Numbered from the stretch's first letter, positions 29,143 through 37,791 are shown. The stretch: 55,541 bases of DNA from an uncultured Gammaproteobacteria bacterium (GCA_964522435.1 CAZFUL010000003.1:1-55541); one strand, 5' to 3'. Program-made: numbers and translations. The notes: generated from the sequence alone by a model not told the origin.

Positions 29143-29772
29143 ATGCTGCGCATGCTGGTCATGATTTCGTTTCTCGTCTCTACTCAGGCGTTTGCTCTTG
29201 GCTATGTCCAGAGCACGGTCGAGACGGCCAACGGCGAAGAGGCAATTCTTTTCGAAGTATACCTTGATCGCAAAGCTCAACCGCAAGTGTGTCGGTTGGT
29301 GGCAGAGGGAGAGCCGGTCTGCGAGACTTTCCCCTTTCCTATTGGCTGGGCAGCGTTTGTGCTCATCACCGAGGGCTGGGGCGAGGCCTATGTGGGACCA
29401 ACCGTTGCTCCAACGGAATGGTTGGAACTTACCGCGTTTGCGGGAGTACAACAAGGCGACAAGGGATTGGAAGCACGCTATGCTGCAAGCGTGTTTCTGC
29501 AACAACAACCATTCGCTCTTCTTGCTTCTGTGGAGTTCGATCACCACGGCACAGAAGGTGTTTGGTACGATTGCATAGCAACTGGCAGCTGGGATGAGCT
29601 GATCACGGTGGGAATCCAAGCCCGCCGTTACGTTGGTATTGGTCCCCGCATTGAGGTGAGTGGCTCTGATGGGGCCATCAAGTTCTGGGGTAGTTGGACA
29701 CCCATTGATCCAGAACAACAACAGGTTCTCGACGGTGCTCGAGGCATGATCGGGCTCATGTTGATCAACTGA
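29143..29772 (+). CDS. orphan exported beta-strand-rich protein (beta-barrel-like)
   Basis: Signal peptide ending QAFA, alternating hydrophobic strands with Gly/Pro turns and Trp/Tyr; GC-richer than host. Confidence 0.65.
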   Translation: MLRMLVMISFLVSTQAFALGYVQSTVETANGEEAILFEVYLDRKAQPQVCRLVAEGEPVCETFPFPIGWAAFVLITEGWGEAYVGPTVAPTEWLELTAFAGVQQGDKGLEARYAASVFLQQQPFALLASVEFDHHGTEGVWYDCIATGSWDELITVGIQARRYVGIGPRIEVSGSDGAIKFWGSWTPIDPEQQQVLDGARGMIGLMLIN

Positions 29773-29852
29773 CAAGAAACTATAGGAGATAGAGGACGAC
29801 GAAATGGGGTTCGTCTCCCCCACTTGCTTGTGTGGGGAAAAACACGAGCAGG

Positions 29853-29890
29853 AATCAGGGAAGATATACGATGTCTTTCCTGGTTTTTTT
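29853..29890 (+). terminator. terminator after 29143 orphan (may also serve yifB)
   Basis: AATCAGGGAAGATAT-ACG-ATGTCTTTCCTGGTT plus T run; three G-U pairs on the + strand. Confidence 0.78.
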
Positions 29891-31413
29891 TACGAAGCTG
29901 TTGTTTTTTGTCTATATTGCAATGCTTCTGCAATATGCGCAAGTTGTATCTGTTCTGACGCGGCTAAATCCGCAATCGTGCGGGCAACTTTGAGCACTCG
30001 GTAATAGCTGCGGGCAGAGAGTTGCAACTGTTCACTGGCTTGTTGCAATAGCGTTGTGGTCTCTGTATCTATTTGGCAATAAGAAAGGATTTGTTTGTTT
30101 TTCATATCACTATTACAGGATAAGGGTGTTCCAACAAAACGCTCATATTGCCGCGCTCTTGCGGCTATTACTCGTGCACGAATAACTGCCGAGGGTTCGG
30201 CTAACTCTGTCTCAGCTAATTTTTCTAATTCCACTCGTTGCACATCAATGTGTAAATCAATTCTATCTAACAGTGGGCCACTAATTTTTTTTTGATATTG
30301 TGCAAGATGGTGTGGGCTACAGACACAAGCTTTTTTAGGATCAGTGAGGAAGCCACAAGGACAAGGATTTTGGCTTGCGACAAGAGTAAAGGCAGCAGGG
30401 AATTCTACACTGCCTTGCGCACGAGAAATCGTCACCACCGTATCTTCGAGCGGTTGCCGTAATGTTTCTAATACCGTGCGCGAAAATTCCGGGAGTTCGT
30501 CTAAAAATAAGACTCCTCTATGCGCGAGCGATATTTCTCCTGGTTTGGGGTATGCACCTCCACCAACTAAAGAAACACTGCTTGCACTATGGTGTGGAGA
30601 ACGGAAGGGGCGTGTATACACAAACGGCGTCTCTTTGGGTAATAACCCGGCAATAGAATATATTCTGGTTACATCAATAGATTCTTCGTTGCTAAGTGGG
30701 GGTAAAATTGTGGGTAAGGTTTTTGCGAGAAGGGTTTTACCCGAACCAGGTGGACCAGAAAGCAACACATTGTGTCCCCCACTTGCCGCAATTTCTAATG
30801 CTCGTTTTACAAAAGCTTGTCCCTTAATATACGCCATGTCAACTAAATGGGATGTTTCTTCAACTATAGTGATGCGTGTTTTTGGTTGCTTCTCAATACG
30901 CGTGGTATTGCGTATATGAGCAATAAGTTGGGTAAAGGATGTCACGGGAAACACATCAATACCGTCAACTACTGCAGCTTCTGCGGCATTGACTGCTGGG
31001 ACAAATAATTGTCGGTAGCCCTTTTCTTTGGCAAATAACGCAACAGAAAGAATGCCAGTCGTATGACGAAGAGCCCCATCAAGGGCTAATTCTCCAATAA
31101 ATAGTGAGGTAGACAAATCAACAGATAGTTTTTCAGAGGTGATATACATTCCAACGGCCATGGCTAAATCAAAAGCGGTGCCATTTTTTCTCACATCTGC
31201 AGGCGCAAGATTAATAACCACCCGGCTATTTGATGGAAATACCAGATGACTATTTTTCCAGGCACTTCGTATACGCTCTTTTGCTTCTTGAATCGCCGTG
31301 TCCCCTAGCCCAATAATTTGAAACCCGGGCCAGCTCCCAGAAATATCAACTTCAGTAGAAATAGCTAAGCACTGTAACCCAACCGTGGTTGCGGTATGAA
31401 TAGTACAAAACAT
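29890..31413 (-). CDS. comM: YifB/ComM family Mg-chelatase-like AAA+ ATPase
   Basis: INLAPADVRK, GELALDG, GPPGSGKT, FRSPHHSAS, PGEISLAHRGVLFLDELPEF, NPCPCG, LLDRIDL, LSAR. Confidence 0.93.
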   Translation of the reverse strand: MFCTIHTATTVGLQCLAISTEVDISGSWPGFQIIGLGDTAIQEAKERIRSAWKNSHLVFPSNSRVVINLAPADVRKNGTAFDLAMAVGMYITSEKLSVDLSTSLFIGELALDGALRHTTGILSVALFAKEKGYRQLFVPAVNAAEAAVVDGIDVFPVTSFTQLIAHIRNTTRIEKQPKTRITIVEETSHLVDMAYIKGQAFVKRALEIAASGGHNVLLSGPPGSGKTLLAKTLPTILPPLSNEESIDVTRIYSIAGLLPKETPFVYTRPFRSPHHSASSVSLVGGGAYPKPGEISLAHRGVLFLDELPEFSRTVLETLRQPLEDTVVTISRAQGSVEFPAAFTLVASQNPCPCGFLTDPKKACVCSPHHLAQYQKKISGPLLDRIDLHIDVQRVELEKLAETELAEPSAVIRARVIAARARQYERFVGTPLSCNSDMKNKQILSYCQIDTETTTLLQQASEQLQLSARSYYRVLKVARTIADLAASEQIQLAHIAEALQYRQKTTAS

Positions 31414-31479
31414 AGGGTGATACACATATATAGTTGTATCCTATCAAAAAAAAGATGAAAAAATTCGAAAATGAAAAAA

Positions 31480-31962
31480 TTATGAAGAAATATCTGTTGC
31501 TTTTTTTCGATGATGTATGACAAACAGAAGGGTCCCCGTAATAATCATGAGGTCTGCAATATTAATAATGGAGGTAAATAATCGAATGTAATCAATAGTG
31601 ACAGAAAATAAAAATCGATCAATATAATTAGAAAGGGTGCCTAAGGAAAGAAGAGACAGTGCCCACCATTCTATAGGAGTTGAAGGGATTTTTTTATGAG
31701 AAAAAAAGAATAAGAGCAGGGTAAGAATAATAGGCGTGATAATTAAAACAAACCAATTGGGGATGCCTATGCCGAAGGCAATCCCAGGGTTATTGAATAG
31801 TTCCCATCCAATATAGGGAGAAATACTGTACCAATAAAAATCTGGGTTGGTTCTTGCCAGGTATTTGCAGAGTTGATCTAAAAGAAAAAACACCCCGCTT
31901 GTGGTAGCGATCCAAAAAGCGGGGCGAGAAAAGAATGGAGTAACGGAAGGATTAGGCTTCAT
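31480..31962 (-). CDS. lspA: lipoprotein signal peptidase II
   Basis: LDQLCK, NPGIAFG, SNYIDR, TIDYI, NIAD; four TM. Confidence 0.85.
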   Translation of the reverse strand: MKPNPSVTPFFSRPAFWIATTSGVFFLLDQLCKYLARTNPDFYWYSISPYIGWELFNNPGIAFGIGIPNWFVLIITPIILTLLLFFFSHKKIPSTPIEWWALSLLSLGTLSNYIDRFLFSVTIDYIRLFTSIINIADLMIITGTLLFVIHHRKKATDISS

Positions 31963-32359
31963 TGGTCAGTACTTTTTTTGCTTGAACAGAAGAACTTGAT
32001 GTGGGTCTTGCTAAAAGACGTTTCTTTTCTATGGGTTGTCCCGTATATTTACAAATACCATAGGTATTCGTATCAATGCGTTTAAGGGCAGAAATAACAT
32101 CGCGGAGTTTATTTTCTAAGGTAACCTCTAATGTTTTGTTAACACTAAAGTCGGCTACTTCACGGGCATTATCATCTTCCTCTGTGCCGTAGTTTGGAAA
32201 ATCAGCATTAAAGTTGCTTGCATCATCTGTACTACGATGGGCAAATTGAGACAGTTCTTTTTCAATTTTTTGTTTTTCATCTAAAAGAAGACCTTTTATT
32301 TCTTCAATAAAGTCTGCCTCAAACACGTCGCTGGTTTTTAATTCGTTCATTTGTGTCAT
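31952..32359 (-). CDS. DksA/TraR-like RNA polymerase-binding protein with degenerate zinc finger
   Basis: Coiled coil with EEDDNA tip, L.DV..ALKRID..TYGICKYTGQPIEKKRLLARP. Confidence 0.85.
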   Translation of the reverse strand: MTQMNELKTSDVFEADFIEEIKGLLLDEKQKIEKELSQFAHRSTDDASNFNADFPNYGTEEDDNAREVADFSVNKTLEVTLENKLRDVISALKRIDTNTYGICKYTGQPIEKKRLLARPTSSSSVQAKKVLTNEA

Positions 32360-32583
32360 ACTCCTTATGATCAATAGATAGAATGCTTTGCCAGTATACA
32401 AGAACTGACAAGAAAAAACAAGAAATTATGAGGGCATGTATGTGTATAAAAACGTAACTATTCCGCTACCGCACACAGGTAAAGAAAGCAGTCGCAGCGT
32501 AAGATGCATCTTGGCACACTACGCGACTTGCTTTCGTGCTTGTATTCTGAGAAGGGATAGTTTTAAATAAAAATATATTTTTT

Positions 32584-32638
32584 AAAATAAAAAAGGACCC
32601 TGCATTCCCCATAGTATTGTTTTACGGGAAGAGGGTCC
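32584..32638 (-). terminator. terminator of an unannotated minus-strand transcript
   Basis: GGACCCT..TTCCC / GGGAA..AGGGTCC stem followed by TTTTTTATTTT on the minus strand. Confidence 0.72.
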
Positions 32639-33075
32639 GAAAACGTCTTAGGGTGGCGTTACACTCATATCGATTGGCTATGATTAGTCAACCTATATGA
32701 GTGAAACGTCAACGACCTAAAAGACATCTATAGACGCCCTTCTACCACCTGGCCGGGTGAGGGTTCGCGGCGCGTTAAACAACCAAAGGTCGATAACGCA
32801 GTATTTGGGTGCGAACTTCCAACCACAGGATTCTCCTCTTATATTTTATATTTGTATAGGTATTTGTCAGAAAACGCTGAACAAGCGTGTTGCTGAAGGT
32901 GTCTGTTTGAAGAAGACAGGGGAAGATAGAGAGAAAGATCGCACTGCAGAAAGTAAAACAGGGCAATCCTGCGGCATAAGGCCGGAGTAGAAGAGGGTGA
33001 GCACCACACAAAGCAATATGTTTTGTGCAGTACATCCCTAAGTCTTTTGTGAAAGAACAGAACAACGTTACTATG
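32595..33075 (-). ncRNA. candidate structured non-coding or small-ORF transcript (about 480 nt)
   Basis: Bounded by a promoter (33081-33109) and terminator, long hairpins, no recognisable protein. Confidence 0.45.
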
Positions 33076-33080
33076 TATAT

Positions 33081-33109
33081 ACTATAGCATATTTTACAAA
33101 ACTTGTCAA
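33081..33109 (-). promoter_or_regulatory. sigma70 promoter (minus strand)
   Basis: TTGACA (33109-33104), 17 nt, TGc-TATAGT (33086-33081). Confidence 0.75.
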
Positions 33110-33203
33110 CAGGCCATTTGTTGGCTAATTTTAGCAAATTTTATGCAAAAACACGGTAAAAAATTGTCAAAACAGGTGTATACAAACACAAAAATAGGCG
33201 ACT

Positions 33204-33244
33204 TTATCCCCAGTTTGCTAAAGTTTTCCCCATAGTTATCCACA
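33204..33244 (+). promoter_or_regulatory. three co-oriented DnaA boxes outside oriC
   Basis: TTATCCCCA (33204-12), TTTTCCCCA (33224-32), TTATCCACA (33236-44). Confidence 0.65.
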
Positions 33245-33430
33245 ATGTATAGAATAGTGTATACAAAAGTACGTTTTTTTTGTGCATATCTTAATAAAAT
33301 AGACAGATATGTTGCTATACCATATGTTTTTACTGCAACAGTTTGTTACAAAAAACAGAAAAGTTGCTTGTTTTTTGAGCAAGGTATTTGTAAATAAGCG
33401 AAAATATTTATTTGAATACACTGGTGTATA

Positions 33431-33460
33431 CAAAAAATCACCTTTGGAGGTGAATTTTTG
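33431..33460. terminator. terminator after DoxX gene
   Basis: CAAAAAATCACCT-TTGG-AGGTGAATTTTTG. Confidence 0.68.
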
Positions 33461-33480
33461 ATAAACAATGTAGGTTGATA

Positions 33481-33903
33481 TTATTTTTTCTTAGTTGGGC
33501 AGATACATTCATCTTTCCCTGCCATAACGCGATATTTTCCTGCACCTGTTCCTGCAAGGGCAAGAGTGCTACCAAGCAGTGCGATTGGTAGAAAGGCTTG
33601 TTTAAGGGGACCCGGTACATGGGCAACAAGAAGAGCCACGACCATGATAATTGCCAAGATGGAAGCAATGCTGCGGGTATAGAGGCCCACAAGAATAGCA
33701 ATACCACCCAAAAATTCAACAATAGCGACTAAATATGCCCAAAAAGCGGCAACAGGGAACCCAAGATTGGTAAACATGCCAATCACCATATCCATGCTGC
33801 TGAGCTTTGACCAGCCACTGTAGATAAAGATAAGTGCAACACTTACGCGAAGGAACAAAAGTCCCCAGTCTTTTGCGTTATCAGAACAACACATCATTTT
33901 CAT
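33481..33903 (-). CDS. DoxX family membrane protein
   Basis: LLFLRVSVALIFIYSGWSKL, VEFLGGIAILVGLYTR, G.GKY. Confidence 0.9.
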   Translation of the reverse strand: MKMMCCSDNAKDWGLLFLRVSVALIFIYSGWSKLSSMDMVIGMFTNLGFPVAAFWAYLVAIVEFLGGIAILVGLYTRSIASILAIIMVVALLVAHVPGPLKQAFLPIALLGSTLALAGTGAGKYRVMAGKDECICPTKKK

Positions 33904-34060
33904 AGAATATATTATTATTAAAATATAATCGACCATCGACCTTTAGTATGATCGGAGAATAATTATTGTATAGTATAACAAGAGACAGTGCTGTTGTGTA
34001 GAGTGTATAGTTGCAGATTCATACTGACAGTATTATACTTGCGCAAAGTAATGCATACTT

Positions 34061-35032
34061 ATGATGTTGTTTTTATACGGAAAAGACAGCTTTCGTTCGC
34101 GAGAACAGCTGAAAAAAATTAAAGAAAAATTTATTGCCGAGCGGGATCCCCAACAGTTGAATATGCGCCAACTGGTTTGTGGACGTACTTCGCATGCAGA
34201 AATTGTCCAAGCATTTTCGGCAGCGCCATTTTTAGCAGAAAAACGCTTGCTTATCATAGAGTCGCTCATTGAACTTGCAGAAGAAGACACGCGTGCTTGG
34301 ATAAAAGAAAAGATAGAGGGAAATGCTATTCCTTCTTGGTTAATTTTGGTTATCTGGGAGGGGACAGATAGTTATAAAAAGAAAGAACAAAAAGAATTGT
34401 TTGCCCGGTTACAGCAAGAGCCCTATGCACAACCATTTGATGTGCTTTCTGACATAAAGCGAAAAGCTTGGATAGCGTCTCGTATAAAAGAGTCAGGAAG
34501 CACGATACAACCCAAAGCGCTTGATGTATTGCTTCGTTCTTGTGGGGAGGACCTTTGGCAAAGCAATCAAGTAATTGCCCAGTTGGTTGCCTATGCAAAG
34601 GGAAGAGACATTGAAGAAAAAGATGTTTCGTTATTTGTGGATCCGTTGATAGAGGATGCTATTTTTGCGTTGGTTGATGCAATTGTTTCAAAAAAAACAT
34701 CTCAAGCCCTTTTGTTATTATATGAACAATATGCCTTAGGGAAAGAATCTGGGTATGTATTTGCCATGATATTGCGGCAAATACGCATACTTTTACAACT
34801 GTTGGATATGAAACAACACTATGGAAGTATTTCGCCACAAGATGCGGCAAAACAATTAGGGATTCATCCGTTTGTTATTAAAAAAACGCTTCCGCTCCTA
34901 CAAAATTATTCGTTGGAAGAATTAATACAACAGCATACACGATTATTAGAAATAGATGTGCAAACAAAAACAGGGGCAGGGGATATTGCGGTATTACTGG
35001 ATGCGTTTATTGTTTCTGTGGCTCGTCGGTAA
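34061..35032 (+). CDS. holA: DNA polymerase III delta subunit
   Basis: FLYGKDSF, PFLAEKRLLII, IFALVDAI, LGIHPFVIKK; convergent with rpsT. Confidence 0.9.
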   Translation: MMLFLYGKDSFRSREQLKKIKEKFIAERDPQQLNMRQLVCGRTSHAEIVQAFSAAPFLAEKRLLIIESLIELAEEDTRAWIKEKIEGNAIPSWLILVIWEGTDSYKKKEQKELFARLQQEPYAQPFDVLSDIKRKAWIASRIKESGSTIQPKALDVLLRSCGEDLWQSNQVIAQLVAYAKGRDIEEKDVSLFVDPLIEDAIFALVDAIVSKKTSQALLLLYEQYALGKESGYVFAMILRQIRILLQLLDMKQHYGSISPQDAAKQLGIHPFVIKKTLPLLQNYSLEELIQQHTRLLEIDVQTKTGAGDIAVLLDAFIVSVARR

Positions 35033-35066
35033 ACAACACAGGAGTACAAAAAAATAGGGGTGAGCC

Positions 35067-35333
35067 CTATTTTTTCTTTGTGCGATTTGCTTGTTTCATG
35101 ACGCGAGATAATTTTCTTCCAGCAGTATTTGCTTTAAGGACGCCGCGTTTACTTGCTTTGTCCAAACTTTTTTGCAACAAGCGCATTTTTTCTTTTAATT
35201 CAGATTCGCCTGCTTCAATACCTTTGCGAACAGTTTTCATTGCTTGCTTATAGGTATCTTTTACTATTTTATTTCGTACCGCTCTTTTTTTAGATTGGCG
35301 TAATGCTTTTTTGGCATTTTGTAGATTTGGCAT
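35067..35333 (-). CDS. rpsT: 30S ribosomal protein S20
   Basis: MPNLQNAKKALRQSKKR, LDKASKRGVLKANTAGRKLSR. Confidence 0.95.
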   Translation of the reverse strand: MPNLQNAKKALRQSKKRAVRNKIVKDTYKQAMKTVRKGIEAGESELKEKMRLLQKSLDKASKRGVLKANTAGRKLSRVMKQANRTKKK

Positions 35334-35517
35334 AGAGATGGTAATGAAGGGTGTATATGTATAAATGATGTTTGAGTATGGTATCAATCAAGTACCCTAA
35401 AACAGAAAGAAAACCATAGCGTGAGAGTTGGGCAAAGTATAGATAGTTTTTCCTAATTTGTCAAGTATGTGAGTGACGATATCTCATTATTATCCCTTCT
35501 CAGCACACAAGCATATG

Positions 35518-36642
35518 CTATTCTTCTTCTTTTGGTTTATCCAACGATAGTGGTTCAATATGCGGTTCGCTTCCTGCGATACGGACGACATCTTTATCTA
35601 TTTTTGATAATTCTTTATAGGCGGTATTGTAATGGTTCACCGTTGTTCCCATAGACAAACCTAATTTTTGCATATAACTATCAAATACTTGAATATGTTT
35701 GCCAAGCTTCTCAACATTTTTGCGGATTTCTTTTGCTCCTTCTTCTATCTTTAAGGCGCGTAACCCTTGCAGAACGGTTTGTAAATAGGCAGCAAAAGTT
35801 GTGGGAGAAACGATAATCACCTTGCGTTCATTAAAGGCATAATCAATAAGATTACGCGTGTTTACTTTAACCACCCCAACCTCGTTTACGAGTAAATCAT
35901 AATAAATTGCTTCTGCTGGGATAAACATGAAGGCAAAATCAACAGTGCCTTCTTTTGGCTTAATGTACTTACTGGTTTCATCAATACGTTTTTTTAAATC
36001 ATTTTTAAAGTCTCTTTCTATTTGGGCACGGATATCATCATTTGTTTCATTTACCAGTTTTTGATAATTTTCAAGAGAAAACTTCGCATCCACAGGGATA
36101 GTGCCATCTTTCGTAAAGATAAGGGCATCAACCGTGTCGCCATCCTGAAAACTATGTTGGAGAGCAAAGGCCGTTGGAGGAAGAATATTTTCTAATACTA
36201 AGCGAAGGCCAGCTTCTCCTAAGTTACCGCGTTGTTTTTGGCTTCGGAGGGTTTTTTCTAGGTTGGTCAGTTGTTCTGAAAAATTAATTACCTGTTGGTT
36301 TGTTTTATCCAGACTGGTTAATTTTTCAGTAATCTCTGCAATCATTTTACTGCTTTGTCCAGTAATACCTTGCATAATTTTCGTATTTTGCCCAAATTGA
36401 TCTTGAATGGTTTGGTTGATATGTTGTTGAGATTCACGCATGACGTGGTGGGTGTCTGAAATTTTTTTATCAACGGTTTTGTTAAGATCTTGAAGTTGTT
36501 GCTGTAATAATAAAAAGAGTTGTTGTTGTGAATCATCGGGGGGCTTAGCTTGTTGTAAGCGGAGTTGTTTGTTTAGTACAAATATAAAGCCAGCAAGGGC
36601 AATAACGACCAAGATAAGGATACTAATAAGGAGAGTGAGCAT
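35518..36642 (-). CDS. rmuC: DNA recombination protein RmuC
   Basis: N-terminal TM, QRGNLGE, VDA...IPVDAKF, TVDFAFMFIPAE, IVSPTT. Confidence 0.92.
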   Translation of the reverse strand: MLTLLISILILVVIALAGFIFVLNKQLRLQQAKPPDDSQQQLFLLLQQQLQDLNKTVDKKISDTHHVMRESQQHINQTIQDQFGQNTKIMQGITGQSSKMIAEITEKLTSLDKTNQQVINFSEQLTNLEKTLRSQKQRGNLGEAGLRLVLENILPPTAFALQHSFQDGDTVDALIFTKDGTIPVDAKFSLENYQKLVNETNDDIRAQIERDFKNDLKKRIDETSKYIKPKEGTVDFAFMFIPAEAIYYDLLVNEVGVVKVNTRNLIDYAFNERKVIIVSPTTFAAYLQTVLQGLRALKIEEGAKEIRKNVEKLGKHIQVFDSYMQKLGLSMGTTVNHYNTAYKELSKIDKDVVRIAGSEPHIEPLSLDKPKEEE

Positions 36643-36773
36643 AGGAATGATATAAGGACTGGTAGTATAGCAAGGTTTATGGTAGATTGTCACTATTCTT
36701 TTATATACTTATTATTTATTTTTTATATATATTGTGCGACATAACTAAATATTTTAATTTAGCCAAATAATAA

Positions 36774-36848
36774 GCTCCTGTAGTTCAATGGATAGAACCA
36801 GACACTCCTAACGTCTAAATACATGTTCGATTCATGTCAGGGGCACCA
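36774..36848 (+). tRNA. tRNA-Arg (anticodon CCT), CCA encoded
   Basis: GCTCCTG/CAGGGGC acceptor, AGACA-CTCCTAA-CGTCT (A31-C39 mismatch), ACATG-TTCGATT-CATGT. Confidence 0.92.
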
Positions 36849-37145
36849 ATCTACGCTTTCGCTTCATCCGATGAGCCCGGATTAAAATTTTTATAGTATC
36901 CTTAATATATATTTTGTATTCAGTCGAATACAATTTTTTATATTAAGATGAAGTAACATACATGATTAACTTTTTTTTGATAGATATTGTTATTTGTTTT
37001 GCACACCTGAAGGGTGTGAACAAATTGGCGTAACAAAATCGGTAATATCCTACTTAGGTAGGATATATGGCGACAAAAGAACCATCCCGAGACGCTACAT
37101 CTGATTAATAAATTGATCCCCTGTGGAGGAAAAGGGAGGGTTTTT

Positions 37146-37161
37146 TGTTTCATGTGAAACA
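37146..37161. promoter_or_regulatory. parS site 1
   Basis: TGTTTCATGTGAAACA, 15/16 to the consensus TGTTTCACGTGAAACA. Confidence 0.85.
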
Positions 37162-37301
37162 GGAGATATTTAAATGATATGTTTATTAAACTGTTAATAC
37201 AGTGGATAATTTTGTTTTTTTATATAAATTGACTAATTTGTATACACTAGAGTAACCAAAATTTCTTATAAAACATTTTATATATATTTTAGTTTTTTAT
37301 T

Positions 37302-37317
37302 TGTTTCACATGAAACA
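37302..37317. promoter_or_regulatory. parS site 2
   Basis: TGTTTCACATGAAACA, 15/16 to consensus; exact reverse complement of site 1. Confidence 0.85.
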
Positions 37318-37392
37318 GGCGTCAAATCCCTTTTTAGCTGTTTATATAAAATAGACAAAATGGGGATGCCGGATGGAACCCTCCGGCCAAGG

Positions 37393-37791
37393 TTATTTTT
37401 TGTAGGTGGCCCCGATGCGGGAAGCGATTGTTTGCAATGAAGCCTCGCTTAATTCTCCAAAAGAAAGAGAATGCCCAAATACTTCGAGCGTATGAGGTTG
37501 GGTAAAGCTATCCGTGTGGATATCACATCCACCTACAATGGAGTACCCCTGAAGGCGCAGCTGTTCCAAGAGCAGGGCTTCTTCGTTTGGTCCAATGGGA
37601 GAGAGTCTTGCTCCCAAGAACGTAAGGAAAGAACGCAACAGTTGGCGGTGGTAGCTGTCGCTACCTACCAAAAGGGTCAGCAGAGAGTCTGACCCTTTTT
37701 TAAGAAGGATCGCTTTTTGAGCTAGACCATTTGGGTCAAACGTTCCTTCAACGCGACCTCGTTGTGTATAGGTAAAGACGATCAGTTCCAC
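37393..37791 (-). CDS. orphan hypothetical protein (132 aa)
   Basis: GAGGAG SD 7 nt before GTG, globular composition, hairpin GCCGGA/TCCGGC just after the stop. Confidence 0.6.
   Translation of the reverse strand: MELIVFTYTQRGRVEGTFDPNGLAQKAILLKKGSDSLLTLLVGSDSYHRQLLRSFLTFLGARLSPIGPNEEALLLEQLRLQGYSIVGGCDIHTDSFTQPHTLEVFGHSLSFGELSEASLQTIASRIGATYKK

Noticed and set aside
29110-29823. 237-aa minus-strand ORF antisense to the 29143 gene
   Set aside because: Low-plausibility composition; terminator G-U pairs and signal peptide support the + strand
32943-32976. GGGCAATCCTG and a CTGCAG/CTGCGG helix resembling the P4/Q element of IC3 group I introns
   Set aside because: No recognisable P7 (R/S) elements, no host tRNA or gene interrupted, and it is opposite to the predicted transcript
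36938-37153. 71-aa minus ORF and tiny plus ORFs after tRNA-Arg(CCU)
   Set aside because: No recognisable motif or clear start signal, very AT-rich, and the ORF start overlaps parS site 1
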